This document shows positions 1-14,224 of a stretch of 64,000 nt of DNA, one piece after another. Source of the DNA: the human T2T-CHM13v2.0 reference genome, Homo sapiens; assembly GCF_009914755.1 (NCBI RefSeq), contig NC_060926.1; one strand, written 5' to 3'. Positions within the stretch are counted from its first letter, which is position 1; the number at the start of each line of letters is the position of its first letter. The translations under genes were made by a program, and so were the position numbers. The notes beneath the pieces are model-generated. The model worked only from the letters and a program-made list of their open reading frames with translations, did not search any database and was not told where the DNA came from.

Positions 1-597
1 AGTCCAGAAGTACAAAGGTATAACACTAACATTTTAATGAGGTTTCTATGGCCCAGGCTCGCTGTTTACACTCTGGAAATGTGGACTGGCTTTCTCAGGA
101 AAGCAGGCTTTTCTTTACTTTTCTTATTTCTCTCCTCCATTTGTCAGCATCCTTTTGAATATTTATATAAATTATTATAATTAACACAGATCGAATAAAA
201 GAGAGCAAATAAGAACCATGCCTGAAAGGCACTGTTACTAGTCTTCCCAAGGCCTTATCTTCACTGGATGGAGCAAAGAAAGGTCAGGTGTACCCCCACC
301 TCCCAGAGACTCCCCACATTTCTGCCTGATAAGGCCTTTGAAACAAAGACAAGAATGTTGACAGCAGACAAATCTAGTTTCAATAGTCCTCACTCAAACT
401 GGCTGAAACAGCAATTAAGTTGTTTCTTGGCTCACATAACGAGAGTGCAGACACAGAGCCTGTTTCAGGGTGGACTCATGCATGGACCAGCCTCTGTTTG
501 CCTATGGTTCTCTTGGCTCTGCCCTCCTTGGAGTTGGATAACACCAGGATGGTGGCCAGGTGGCTACAGCAGTTCTGCAGCTTCACATCCACAATTA

Positions 598-1016
<419 letters not shown>

Positions 1017-1216
1017 TCAACTAATGGATGAGGTGGATGTGATGCTGTATGACTGACTTCTAAGCCTAGGTCATAGAAGGGAATACAGCTTAAGCCTGGC
1101 TCTCTCCTGGGACACTTGCCATTGGGACCTGCGGCCAGGTTGTGAGGGAGTCTGGCCACATATGACTGTGTTGTCAGGCTCCCAGCTGACAGCTTTAGTA
1201 TCAACCACCAGATGAT

Positions 1217-1778
1217 GCTGTGGGCAGTCAGAATATGCCACCCCAGAACATCCTTTTTTGGCATATTTCAAGTTGATTATTTAGAGAACTGCAGATAGGA
1301 ATAGTTCTGAAAGCTGTCCTTTTATAAAGGAAATTTATATTTATCTACAATAGTAAAGTAAACAGCAGATGCAAGCAAAGCTTTTTCTCTGAAGCCCCTT
1401 TATCTGCCTAAAGAAGAATGAGGGTCTGATATCTTCCCAAGACAGAGATTACCACAGGCAATCACCTATTCTTTTGATGGCTGTTACCTGACCTTATCAG
1501 CACAATAAGATAACCTTTGCTCACAGTGCATTTCCTCCCCTCACCCTCCAATAGTTTGTCACCAGCATCTCCCAGGAGCCTTTAATTCTCTTTTTATAAC
1601 TCAAAATACTATCTGAGCTTCTAGACCTCATTGGGTTATTGGGTACTCACTTTCTTGTGATACCTCAGTGCATGTAAATAAATTGGCATGCTTTTTCTCC
1701 TCTTAATCTTTCTATTGCCTGTATATTTCAGACCCAAACCTTCAGAGGGGAAAGGGAAAAAATTTCCTTTGCCTCTAT
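1217..1778 (+). mobile_element. ERV1-type solo LTR (MER39/MER34-like) nested in an older MaLR (MLT1) LTR
   Basis: Starts TGTGGGCAGTCAGAATATGCCACCCC and has an AATAAA-like signal near 1678. MLT1-like flanks at 950-1215 and 1780-1980. Confidence 0.55.
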
Positions 1779-1989
1779 GATGACTTTAGAAGATTCTATC
1801 TTCCAGCTTTCATATTTTCCACCTGGCGCCCCAAACATCCATGGAGCAGAAACAAACCATCTCCGCTGTGTCTTGTCTAAATTTCCATCCCAGAAAAAAC
1901 ATAAGAAAAGATAAAGGATTATAGTTGTTTCAAATCACTAAGTTTTGGAGTAATATGTTATGGAGCAATAGATAATAAATACAACATAA

Positions 1990-2735
1990 TTTTTAATTCT
2001 GAAAGGTGAAACCTATTAACAGCACAGTCAAATGACAAACTGGGAAAAAATTTTGCGACAGTTATCACAGAACAAAAGATGAATGTTTCTATATATAAAG
2101 AGCTCCAACAACTCAATAAGAAAAAGACCAAAAGCCAAATGGAAAAACGGGTAAGGGACATGGCTTTACAGAAAAGAAAACACAAACGTCTCCTAAACAT
2201 ATGAAAACATGCTCATCATTAGAGAAATGCAAAATAAAACCTCACTGAAATACAATTTTTCACCATCAGATTGACAAAAATGTAAAAGTTTTATAATATA
2301 CTCAGTGAGGCTGTAAAGAAACAAGCACTCCTATGCATTACAAATAGGAGTAGAAATTAATACAACACCCATGCAAGACAATTTAGCAATAGTTGTCAAT
2401 ATTACAAATGCACAGATTTTTTGACTTAGCAATTCAACTTTGGAAACTTTTCCTACAGATATACTCGTATGTATATGAATGGATATATATGTGTCTGTAG
2501 AAGTGATGTACACATCTATACAAATAATTAAAACATTGCTTATAATAGCAAAAGTTCAGGAACAACCTAAATATTCAACAATGGGGAACTAGTTAAAGAA
2601 ATATGGAATGTTACGTAGTTATAAAAAAGAATGAGGAGGTACTTCATGTACAGATATGGTATAATCATTCAGATATATTTTTAAGTGAAGAAAAGGGAGA
2701 CAGAAAAGTAAGCAATTTGGGCTTTTTAAACAATG
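1990..2735 (+). mobile_element. Old L1 (L1M) ORF2 3' end / 3' UTR fragment
   Basis: A-rich with L1 phrases such as 'caactcaataagaaaaagac', 'agagaaatgcaaaataaaac', 'aacaacctaaat'. Confidence 0.8.
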
Positions 2736-2740
2736 GGTAA

Positions 2741-3050
2741 GGCCAGGCACAGTGGCTCACACCTGTAATCCCAGCACTTTGGGAGGCCGAGGTAGGCCTC
2801 CCTCAACACTTGAGCCCAGGAGTTCCAGACCAGCCTGGGCAACATGACCAAACCTTGTCTCTACAAAAAAATTATGCCCGCATGGTGGTGCATGCCTGTG
2901 GTCCCAGCTACTCAAAAGGCTGAAGCAAGAGAATCACCTGAGTCTGGGGTTCCGTCAAGGCTGCAGTGAGCCATGATCACACCATTGCACTCCAGCCTGG
3001 GTGACAAAGAAGACTCTGTCTCAAAAATATATAAATAAAATAAGCAAGAG
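2741..3050 (+). mobile_element. Alu (J-type)
   Basis: GGCCAGGCACAGTGGCTCAC... with 'tgagcccaggag' J-type diagnostics and an A-rich tail. Confidence 0.9.
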
Positions 3051-3431
3051 ATAAACTTCTTACAAATATAAGCATACACACAATTGTTTTGATATGTATA
3101 ATATATTCCTGTAAAGATAAATTCTGATCTGGTAACATGAGTTACCTCTGGGAGAGAGAACTTGATGGCAAAAGGCAGAAGAAGGAGAGAGATTTTTCAC
3201 TTCTTGAATTTTGAACCACATGACTATATTACCCATATTCCAAAGATATATATAATTTAAACTTTAGAAATCACTTGGCATAACTCATTAATTAGTTACT
3301 TCTGCAAATATTTTTGAGGTCCCAGGATGTGCCAGGTAGTGGACAAGGCACTGCATACACTGTGGTGAACTAGTCAGCCTTCACTGAACTTACAGTCCAA
3401 GAAGGCAGATGTCAAAGAGGTCAACCCAGCA

Positions 3432-3810
3432 GCTATGGTCTGAATGTGTCTCCCAAAATTCCTTTGTTGAAACCTAACCCACAAGGTGATGGTATTCAGA
3501 AGTTAAGCCTTTTGGAACGTGTTAGATTATGAAGGTGAAGCCCTCGTGAATGGGCTGAATGAAACTGGCATAAGTGAAATGGGCTTATGAAACAGGCGTA
3601 AGGGAGCTCATTTACCCCTTCCACCACGTGAGGACATAGCCAGAAGTCTCCATCTATGAACCAGAAAGTGGTCCCTCAGCAGACACTAAATGTGCTGGTG
3701 CCTTGATCTTGGACTTCCCAGCCTGCAGAACCATGAGAAATATATTTCTGTTGTTTGTAAGGAACCCAGTCTAAGGGGTTTTGCTACAGCAGCCAGAATG
3801 GACTAAGACA
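3432..3810 (+). mobile_element. MaLR LTR (MLT1A-like)
   Basis: 'gctatggtctgaatgtg...ccttgatcttggacttcccagcc...ggactaagaca'. Confidence 0.8.
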
Positions 3811-4272
3811 GCTATGAAGGGAAAGAACACAGTACTGGAGACAGCACCAAGGTGCAGGACCTGATACAGAAAGAAAGCCAGGAAAAGCCCCACTGAGGAA
3901 GAAACCCTTAGGCTGAGTAGGAATCAGCCAAGTTTCTGGTTATTTATTGCTACAGAATAACCTACTATCCCAAAACTCAAAGGCATGAAACAACATCATT
4001 TTATTATATCTCACAAATTCTGGTGTCAAGAATTCAGGTAGGACGCCACTGGGCAGTTAAAGCAGTCATAGACCCACCCAGACTCAAGGGGAGGGGACAG
4101 GGACCCCACCTCTTCATGGAGCAGTGGCAAAGAATTTGCAGCCAGCTTTCACTCTCCATACCAGGCAAAGGGGAGGTGGGGAAACACAATGAAGCAGGGC
4201 GAGGAGGAGGCAAATCAAGGGGCCAGCAGCCAGGTCCTACAAAGCCCTAAAAGACTGTTAAGGATTTTTTTT

Positions 4273-4545
4273 GCCAGCCACTGTGGCTTGCACTTATAAT
4301 CCTAGCATATTGGGAAGCTAAGGCAGGATCACTTAAGTCTGGGAGTTCAAGACCAGCCTGGGCAACACAGTGAGACTCTGTCTGTACAAAAAGTTAAAAA
4401 AAAAATTAGCCAGGCATGGTGTCATGCACCTATAGTCCTAGCTATTCTGGGAGGCTCACCTGAGCCCAGGAGTTCAAGGCTGTAGTGAGCTATGATGGCG
4501 CCACTGCACTCCAGCCTGGGCAACAGGGCGAGACCCTGTTTCTGT
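4273..4545 (+). mobile_element. Alu (J-type, diverged)
   Basis: Two Alu arms with an A-rich linker. Confidence 0.85.
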
Positions 4546-5429
4546 TGGGTGGCGGGGAAAGAGTGTTAAGGATGTTGAATTTTCTCTTCTGTACAATTTG
4601 AAGCCACCAAGGGGTTTTAAGCAAGGAAATTAACGGCTCCCCACGTATTACTGAAGCTTATAGCTTCCAAGCCTTTTATCACGCTTGTCTTATTGCACTC
4701 ATATGGCAGATGCTGGGACACCTTTGTGTTCCACTCATTGTAAATTCTATAAGTGAATTTAAATTCAATGAGTGAATTGTGTTCACTCATTGAAATAAAT
4801 AAATGTGGACCACATAAATAAATGGATTAAATAATTGATTATCTAATATAGCTATAATTATAGGGCTCCATCAGTTTAATTATTCTCAAACTTTAATGTG
4901 CCTATGAATCTTCTGGGGCATCTTATTAAAATGCAGGTTTTGGTCCAGTAGCCTGAACCAAAGTCTGGTATAGCCCAAAACTCTGCATTCCTAACAAGCT
5001 CCTGTGCCACAGTTTACACCTTGAGAAGTAAGTGTCCAGAAGTCATTATATGTCAGTTGTTTTCAGTGGGAAGAAAGAGAAAATGGAATGCAAGGACCAA
5101 ACAAATAGAAGTGAAGTGACATCATCCAGCCCCAGGGTCTCTCTGTCTCCTTGTTCTCCTGTCCTTGTCACCTCTTTAACACTTGGGCCCCTCATGGCCT
5201 CTGATGGCAGCTGCAGTTCCGGGATCATTTCCTGACACTAAGAAGTCAAGAAGAAGAAAGATACTGTATCTATGTATATCTTCTTAGGAGAAAGAAAGTC
5301 TTTTCCAGAGGTCCCCAGAACCCTTTTCCTGTCCCCGTGGCCAGAATGGGGCTACATATACAACCCTAACTAAATCATGGGCAATGTCGGCAAGGGGATC
5401 AGGAATTCCATACTTGGCCTGGATTGCAT

Positions 5430-5725
5430 TGTTTTGTTTTGTTTTGAGACAGGATCTCTGTCACCCAAGCTAGAGTGCAGTGTCATGATCATAGCTCACT
5501 GCAGCCTCCAACTCCTGTGCTCAAGCAATCATCCCACCTCAGCCTCCTGTGTAGCTGAAACTACAGGTGTGAGCCACCACATTGGGCTAATTTATAAAAT
5601 TTTTTGTAGAGATGAGATTTCACTATGTTGCCCTGCCTCCTCTCAAACTCCTGGGCTCAAGTGATCCTCCCACCTCAGTATCCCAAAGTGCTGGGGATTA
5701 CAGGCATGAGCCACCATGCCTGGCC
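5430..5725 (-). mobile_element. Alu (J-type)
   Basis: T-rich start and antisense Alu body ending cctggcc. Confidence 0.9.
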
Positions 5726-6283
5726 TGGCCTAGATTAATCAAGGTCTACTGTTAGAATTGGGGACTGGGGAGAAACTTCAGGAAAGCTGTGGTTCCATTA
5801 GAAAGAAAGTGGAAGGAGGCAACCAGCAGTGTCCACTACACTATAAAATTCAAATGGGTTTACTTCTTATACAGAGACCTATGGGTTATCCATATATATA
5901 ATAGGAACTTTGGTGATTTTTCTTAAAAAAGTTAAATACCAATTAAAAAGTGTTACCCAATATCCATTAAAAAGCATATGGAGTCTAAGGCAGAAAAATT
6001 GCTTGAGGCCAGGATTTCAAACCAAGCCTTGGTAACACAGCAAGACCCCCACCCCTACAAAAAATTAAAAATAAAAAAGTATATGAAAACAAATATCTCA
6101 TGATTTGTGCTGGATGGAGAGGTCTGGGACTGTGGGAAGCATAGTACCTGTTCTGAAATCTACAGCTTTGTACCAACAAAACAGAAGGAACTAAAGCAAC
6201 CTACTCTATAAACAAATGAATTGTTTCACCCCCTTGGCCAACAGTTACTGAGTAATCAATATGGACAAAGAACTGTGTCAAGG

Positions 6284-6653
<370 letters not shown>

Positions 6654-7164
6654 TCACAGACATGAATCATGTTGGGTGCAATATAAAGATAGTGGAACAG
6701 AGGGTTATGGAAGCCCAGAGGAGGGAAAGAGTCTTTCCGGACTGGTGGGTTAGAAGGAGGGTGGGGAGGAGAGGAGACCTTATCTACAGCTAGCCTTGAA
6801 AGATGGGGAGATTTTTAGTAAGTAATAATGGTAGGGGACAGAGAGGAATTGGAGAATGGGAAGATGGAAAAAATGAACATTTCCCATTGGGAAAGAGCAG
6901 GGAGGGAATATACGCATCCAGCACAAGTGGCAATGTAGGCAAGACAGGTACCCTCACTGGACTCTTACTATAGCCTCTCGTCAACATGAAGCCATAAGTA
7001 ACATCAAGCAAGTATCAAAGCCACACAAGGAGGGAGTGAGACAAGGACAGTTCCTGGGAAAAGAGAAGCTTAAGCTGTCTTTGAAAAAAAATAATATTCA
7101 TGGATGAGCAGGGTGGAATGGACCAGGGCAGGAGGTCAGAGGAGCGGGCACGGTTTCATGTTTA

Positions 7165-7610
7165 CAACCCCTAAATATCAGTATCAAGGACATAAACAGT
7201 TTCTTCAATGAATAAATTGCAACAACTAACAAAGAAATGAAAGAGGAATCTGTTGATGAAAAGAGACCTAAAAGACACATCAATCTATTCCAATTTGCAA
7301 ATTGTATTTGAATTCTGATTCAAACTCTAAAAATAAATATGAGATAATTTGAAGATGTTAATAAATTATAATTTTTAAGGTATTGTGGTTTTTTTAAGAA
7401 TCCTTATCTTTTGGAGGTATATTTTGAAATATTTATGGATGAAATATCTGGGATTTTCTTCAAAATAATACAAGGAGTCAGGGAAAGATACGGATGAAAC
7501 AGGATTGGCTAGGATTTGATCATCGTTGCAGCTGGGTGTTGAAGATCTATTTTACCCTTCGGTCTGCCTTTGTGTACGTTTGAAATTTACCGTAACAGAA
7601 AATGTAAAAC
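7165..7610 (+). mobile_element. Old L1 (L1MC/ME-like) 3' UTR fragment abutting the promoter
   Basis: 'gaaatatttatggatgaaat...ctgggattttcttcaaaataa...tttgtgtacgtttgaaattt' resembles an L1M 3' terminus. Confidence 0.55.
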
Positions 7611-7939
7611 AAACTACAAGAAAGTGGGCGTCGTGAGTGATGCCTGTCAGGTGAAGCCCCGCCCACTGGCTCGGGCGGCTCCGCCCCGTCCGTCTTCTCT
7701 CCCGCGCTCCGCTCTTGAAGGGTTCCAGTGTGTGGTGTTTCCAACTTTCTCATGTCCCCTCGGGAATCCATTCGTATCCCATGCCATAAGTCGCGCTGTC
7801 TATTCTTGACCAGGCCCGGCAAACTGCTCCGAGCTCCCAGGAATCACCCGCCGCCTCCGGTCGTGGCCCGCAGCAGCCCGGCTCCCCCGCCCTGGGGCGT
7901 TTGGTCGCGCCCGGCCGCCGGCCCTGGGAGCGCGTCCGC

Positions 7940-7953
7940 GTCGTCATGGCGAC
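7940..7953. promoter_or_regulatory. RFX X-box-like motif GTCGTCATGGCGAC
   Basis: Near-palindrome, 11/14 match to GTTGCCATGGCAAC, at the probable TSS of a motile-cilia gene. Confidence 0.7.
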
Positions 7954-8012
7954 GCTCCGAGCGGGCGCCGGCGCTGGCGCCGGCCGAATCCGGCCCGGGA
8001 ACCACCTCCAGG
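7951..8012 (+). other. CFAP221: CFAP221 non-coding exon 1 (5' end approximate)
   Basis: Donor GTGAGC at 8013 inside the CpG island. Exon 2 starts at an acceptor upstream of the ATG, so an upstream exon is required. The TSS cannot be determined from sequence. Confidence 0.7.
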
Positions 8013-9606
8013 GTGAGCGGCCAGGGACCTGGGGCCCGGGTGGCCCAGGGTCGGCCGCTGGGGCGCCGCAGCCTAGCTGCTGAGGCGACCGAGCCCCGGG
8101 TGGTGTCCAGCCGCAAGTCGGCCGCGGCTTGGGTCCGAGGAGAGTCGGGCCCAGAGGGTGACCTGAGGATGGTGGGGGGAGCGGTGCGCGGGCCTGGGGC
8201 GACCCTGACCCTTAGCAGGAGTGGAATGAAAGGTCGCGGAGGGGAGGAGGCGCTTGGCCGGGGCGAGAGGGCCTGCCCGGGGTGAGAGAATGGGGCGAGG
8301 GAACGAGGGTGCGGCGGTGAGACCCGGAGCCAGGCCTACCGGGGCGGTGGGCGAGCCGGCGTGTGGGCGGCGTGGAGACCGCCTGGCTCCTGGGCCTGCC
8401 TGAAGCACAGGGGATGTGAGGCTCCGGGAGGAGACGGGCTGCAGGCTGATCCTAGGGCTGGCGTTGAAGGGCTGGAGGGAAGGGAAGCAGGTGAGGAGGG
8501 GGCCATGCAGCCTTCAGCGATGCTATGAGAGGTGGTGCGAGGGGAGGGGAGAAGAGGGGAGGGGAGGGGAGAACTTCTTTCTGAAAGTTATTGTTAAGCG
8601 CCTTCCTTCATAGATTCACTGCCTGTCGCTTGATGTTGTCCGTCTTGGGAGTCTGAAGCTATGGGTCTTCTCCAGAAAAAACAAAACCGAAAAAACACAC
8701 AAAGATCCACACTAATTAACATTCCATTTCAGAGGCTTCGCCGACCAGCCCCATGGCCTGCGCAAGGGCCCCAAGTTAAGAGATTTAGTTGTGCAATATA
8801 TAAGGGAATGTGAGATTTGTAAAATGTTGTTACAGGGTTATAAATTATTAACACCAAATGAGTAATAGAAGCAGTGATTGCTAAAGAATGTTAAAGTGTG
8901 TTGGGATCACTGTGAACTTCATGAAGAAAGTGGAACTTAAAATGAGTGTGTTAAGGGAAGGCAAATCGGACACAGGGTTCGACATGAATCAAGATCCACA
9001 GAGCTGGAATACCCCCATGTCTGGCACCTGGCTGGCCGTAGGTTTCACCACCTCCTCATCACCCCCTCCTCATCACCCTGTTAGCAGAGGGATGGAGGAG
9101 GGTGACTCTGAAATGCCAGTGTCCTGTAAACAGTGCCTCCAAATGTTAAAGGCTTCCATAGTCAAATATTCTAAGAAACTCATTTGGAGAAATCTCTGAA
9201 AGAAGAGTCTTATTTGGAAGTCTTATTTAACTGTTTACATCAATACTTTCCAAACTTGTTTGACTGAGAGCCTTTATTTTTCCCTTCTCGGGCCCCTGCA
9301 ATGAACTCAAGAAGCATCTCAGAAGTACATTTCAGGAAAAGCTCCTGGGGAGAATCAAGGACCACAGAAGGGTTTGGAGCAATGGCATGACATTGGGTTG
9401 CAATGGGTTATGTAAGAAGATTAATGGGACAGCCATGTGTGGGAATGGAGTGGCCCGCAGAGAGGAGAGCCAGGGAGGGCATGAACCACAGTAAACCACA
9501 CAGAGACGAGGTACATTTATCAAAGAAAGAGAAAAAATGTGCGTGGTTTCTCATGGATGATTATACTGCTGCTCTTTCCTCCCCAGGACATGACCTTTGG
9601 CTCTAA

Positions 9607-9891
<285 letters not shown>

Positions 9892-10778
9892 TAATTTTTA
9901 TTACTAAGAACAGTAGTTCTATTTAGATCCATCTGCTTAACTGATAGGTTTTTGTGGGGTATGTAAATTAATCAAGTTCTGTTGCTTCTACTTCTTCTAA
10001 TGTCTTTCCTATCTGCTCCCCTTATCTTGTTTCTCATGTTCAGCAGGCAGCTGGGACTCCTCCCCCACCACATTCTCCTCCTGTCAGTTTGCTTTCTAAA
10101 ATCCTGGCTGGCTTTTATCCCTAATCTGCTCAAACTCCCAACAGTCCCCCTTGCATACAGAATAAAGTCACAATTCCTTTGCTTGGCCCCCTTCACTGTC
10201 TGATCTGAACCTGTCCACCCAGCACCATCCCCATCGCCATGCCCCACTCATTTCCAGCTCTGGCTACATGAGGTTCCTTCCTGTCCTTCGGACCACAGGC
10301 ATTTTAGACCTTTTTGCCTTTTCATGTACATATCCTGTGTCTGGAAAGCCTGGGAAATCCTATAGCTATTATGGAAAAGGATAATCATTTTGCCTACATT
10401 TTTCCCATTCAATCCACACAACAATACATCATGAGGTAGGATCTATTTACGTTTTACTCTTGGAGAAGGTGAAACTCAAAGAGACCACATTATTTCCCCA
10501 ACATGGCACACCTGGTAAGTGGAGAGCTGGTGTTCAGCCACCAGAGCCCTGGGTCTAGCTCTTAACATGCTTGGTTACCCACCACTCATCTTTTAAAGCC
10601 CATCTCAAATGTGAGGACATAATAGTGTATTTGGATATGCTTCTTTTGTCACTGTAGAACTTGTCAAGTGAAAATTGATATACTTGACCATTTCTGGGCA
10701 TTAGAAGAAAAATGCCAGTTTTATATCTACTTCGTGGATCTAAAATAAAATCTTTCAACATTAAAAAAATCATAGAAT

Positions 10779-11100
<322 letters not shown>

Positions 11101-11454
11101 TAAATTTTAAAATTACGGAATATGGTAATTTCAGTGCTTAAAAATGACCAAATAATAACCTACAGAGATCGTCAGTTCCCCTACCACACCAGCCTTAACC
11201 CATTGTAGCTGTTCAGTTTGGCCCAAGTGGATGACAGTGACAGCTCACCTGGTGAGAAGAAAAAAACATCAAATGTTTCACACCCACTTCAGATGTATCC
11301 TAGAATTATGATGATCAAAGGGATGGGGTGAAGGTGTCTGTGCCTCATAAGATTTGGATGCAGTCAAAGTCAAATGTTATTATTTGTAAGAAGGTGGGCA
11401 GTACATTCATGAGGAAGGCAGATTACTGGTTGGAATCAGACAGACCTGGGGTTG

Positions 11455-11765
11455 ATTTTTTTGTTTGTTTGTTTTTTGTTTTTTTGAGACGGTGTTGTTC
11501 TGTTGTCCAGGCTGGAGAGCAGTGGTACAATCACAGCTCACTGCAGTCTCAATCTTCTGGGCTCAAGTGATCCTTGCACCTCAGCCTCCCATGTAGCTGG
11601 GATCACAAGCGCACACTACCACACCCAGCTAATTTTAAAATTTTTTGCAGAGACATGGTCTCACTGTGTTGCCCAGGCTGGTCTCTAACTCCTGGGCTCA
11701 AGCGATCCTCCTGTCTCAGCCTCCCAAAATGCTGGGATTACATGTGTGAGCCACCATGCCTACCT
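11455..11765 (-). mobile_element. Alu (J-type) inserted in a MIR
   Basis: Antisense Alu; MIR core follows (ggcaagtttcttaacct...catctgtaaa). Confidence 0.88.
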
Positions 11766-12450
11766 TTTATTTTTGATTACCAGCTGTGGGCAAGTTTCTT
11801 AACCTTGCTAAGTCTTACCTCCTTCATCTGTAAAGTAGAAATAATACCTACCTCAAAGGGCTGGAGTGAGGATTATAAACAAATGTATGCATAGCACTGC
11901 CTGGCACAAAGCACTTACATAGAGTGGGTTCTCAGCACCTTCTCCAAACATCTGCTCCTGCCTAAATAAAGAGCTGGGAAAATTTTTGTAGACCTGGACA
12001 CTTTTGTGAGCTCAGCCGTTTAAAAGGGACATTCACATGACACCAAAAGCAGTTTGAGACTTACTGTTCCGAGTGATAACTTTTCAGAGCTTTAAGTTTT
12101 AATATTACTCTACATCACATTGTAATTCTAATCAGAGGAAATCAAATAATAAAAGTTAAATACATAGTAATAAACTTAAGTGTGCGGTGTTTGGATACTT
12201 TGATCTGGGTATTCATTATGTAATAAGTAATCTCAGTGCTAGGCAGAGCAAAGACAGGCCATGTGCTCTTTATGAGCTGGTGATTTATGACAAAGATGTG
12301 TACAAAATGTGTGAAGAGCAAATTCTTTTACTAGGTAACAGACAATCTACCTGACTTTGTATTGTAATGATAGTATCTCCCAAGTGATGTTTAAAAATAG
12401 AGAGGGAGAAAGAGTTCAGTTTATTTAGAACAGATAATTAATCTTGTTGA

Positions 12451-12699
<249 letters not shown>

Positions 12700-14224
12700 T
12701 AAATGGGATAATTAATCATCATAATGAAGTGACAAAAATGTTCTGAATTTATATTATTCACTTATCTAAAGCACAGCATAATCAGCCGTAGTGCAAGAGT
12801 AAATTGGGCCAGAAAGGTAGTTCTATGATGAGAAACTTTAAGGTTGCATCAATGTCTTGGACAAGTTACTTTCCTCTTGCCAAAGGCTCCCCTTGCACTC
12901 TTTCCAGATAGGTGTCATTGCTGAGTGACTCATAGGGGCCAGATGCTGTGCTTCATGATTTACATGATTTAATTTAATCCTTATGCTAGCTCTGTGGAGG
13001 CTGCATTATTCCTCTCATTATATATATAGATGAGGAAACAGAGACTCCAAAAGATTAAATAATTTATTCAAGGACATAGAGCTGCTTAGTGTCAGAGGCA
13101 GAATTTGGCTCCTGGGCTGCCTTTCTCCAGATCACTCTTGCTCCAGTCCTGTAGCACCAGGAAGAGGGGTGTCCCTTTCCTATGAAGCTCCAGCCAGGGC
13201 TTCCTTTTACCTGCGTGGGTCAGATGCCCATGCCTAATCAGTCACTCTGGCCAGAGAGAATCTGTCTAGGTCCAGGGAGGCAGGGGTCAGCCCCACTGAA
13301 GAACAGGCTCCTGAAGAGACAGCTGAAGGGCTGGACTGCAAAGTAGCCAAAGCCTATAGCAACTGCTGTTTAGCACAGAGCCACACTGAGGCCCAACTCT
13401 TGCTGGGTCCCCTTCATTGACCTGGATGTTGACTAGGGTGGGCTCTGCCTTACTTCAGCGTCCCACCTAAGCATCCTGTGCGTAAATGGACCTGAACAAC
13501 CTCAGTGACTTCACCATGATCCCCTAGTCATGCCTGGCAGAACTTCTCAGAACTACTCCAGTTCGGCCCTAGATCCAGGCCAAACTGGCCCCATGTGTTG
13601 TTGGGGAGGGGCGGAGGTGGGCTCTTTGCACATGCGCCCTCTGAGACTCTGCCTTTGTGTGTGATGTCCCTCCTGTGGCCCTGTCTCCAGCCACCACAAG
13701 ACTACTTTTAGATGTACGCATTCTTAGAAGCCGTATCTTAAGGTAGATTATTTTAAGAAAGTTCTATCACGTTCGATTGTTTAGAGTGAGGCAAAACACT
13801 GGAGGAAACTGACAAATAGTAAAGGTATCGGGAAGGAAATTTCCGTCAGGAAGACCCCAAAGAACAGAGGAGAACACAGTTTCCATGAATCCTTATACAA
13901 TGAAGTGAGTAGCGAGAATAGATGAGGAGGGGAACCTGTTAGGTGCCAAGTATTTCCTCTTAGGAAAAGGATTAGGATTTGAAACTCTTATTAGGAACTT
14001 CACCCATCAACCTCCAAGGTCACATTTCTTACAACACAGCATCAAAGACCAAAGTTAATGATTCATTTTGAAGCCTACTGTTCGTGGTTATAAGGTTTGC
14101 TGTCTATGCTGTGGTAGGATAGATCTAAAATAATTATGATTCATAATTACTAATTGTTTATAAATGAAATATATGCCAAAGGCTAAGATAAAATTTTATT
14201 ACTTGCTCCTTATGCTTTCTTTCT

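Larger units (their letters stand above)
7620..8450 (+). promoter_or_regulatory. CFAP221: CpG-island promoter / first exon region of CFAP221
   Basis: Sharp rise in GC and CpG density against an AT-rich, CpG-depleted background. GC boxes at ~7657 (CCCCGCCC) and ~7680 (TCCGCCCC). Strong donor CAGG|GTGAGC at 8012/8013. Confidence 0.9.

Noticed and set aside
7588-7615. MYB (TAACAG) and FOX-like (AAAACAAA) motifs near the promoter
   Set aside because: Short motifs inside a degraded L1 tail; expected by chance.
7728-8408. Long ORFs (185, 111, 90 aa) across the CpG island
   Set aside because: GC-rich sequence is depleted of stop codons; peptides are low-complexity R/G/P/A and run across the exon-1 donor.
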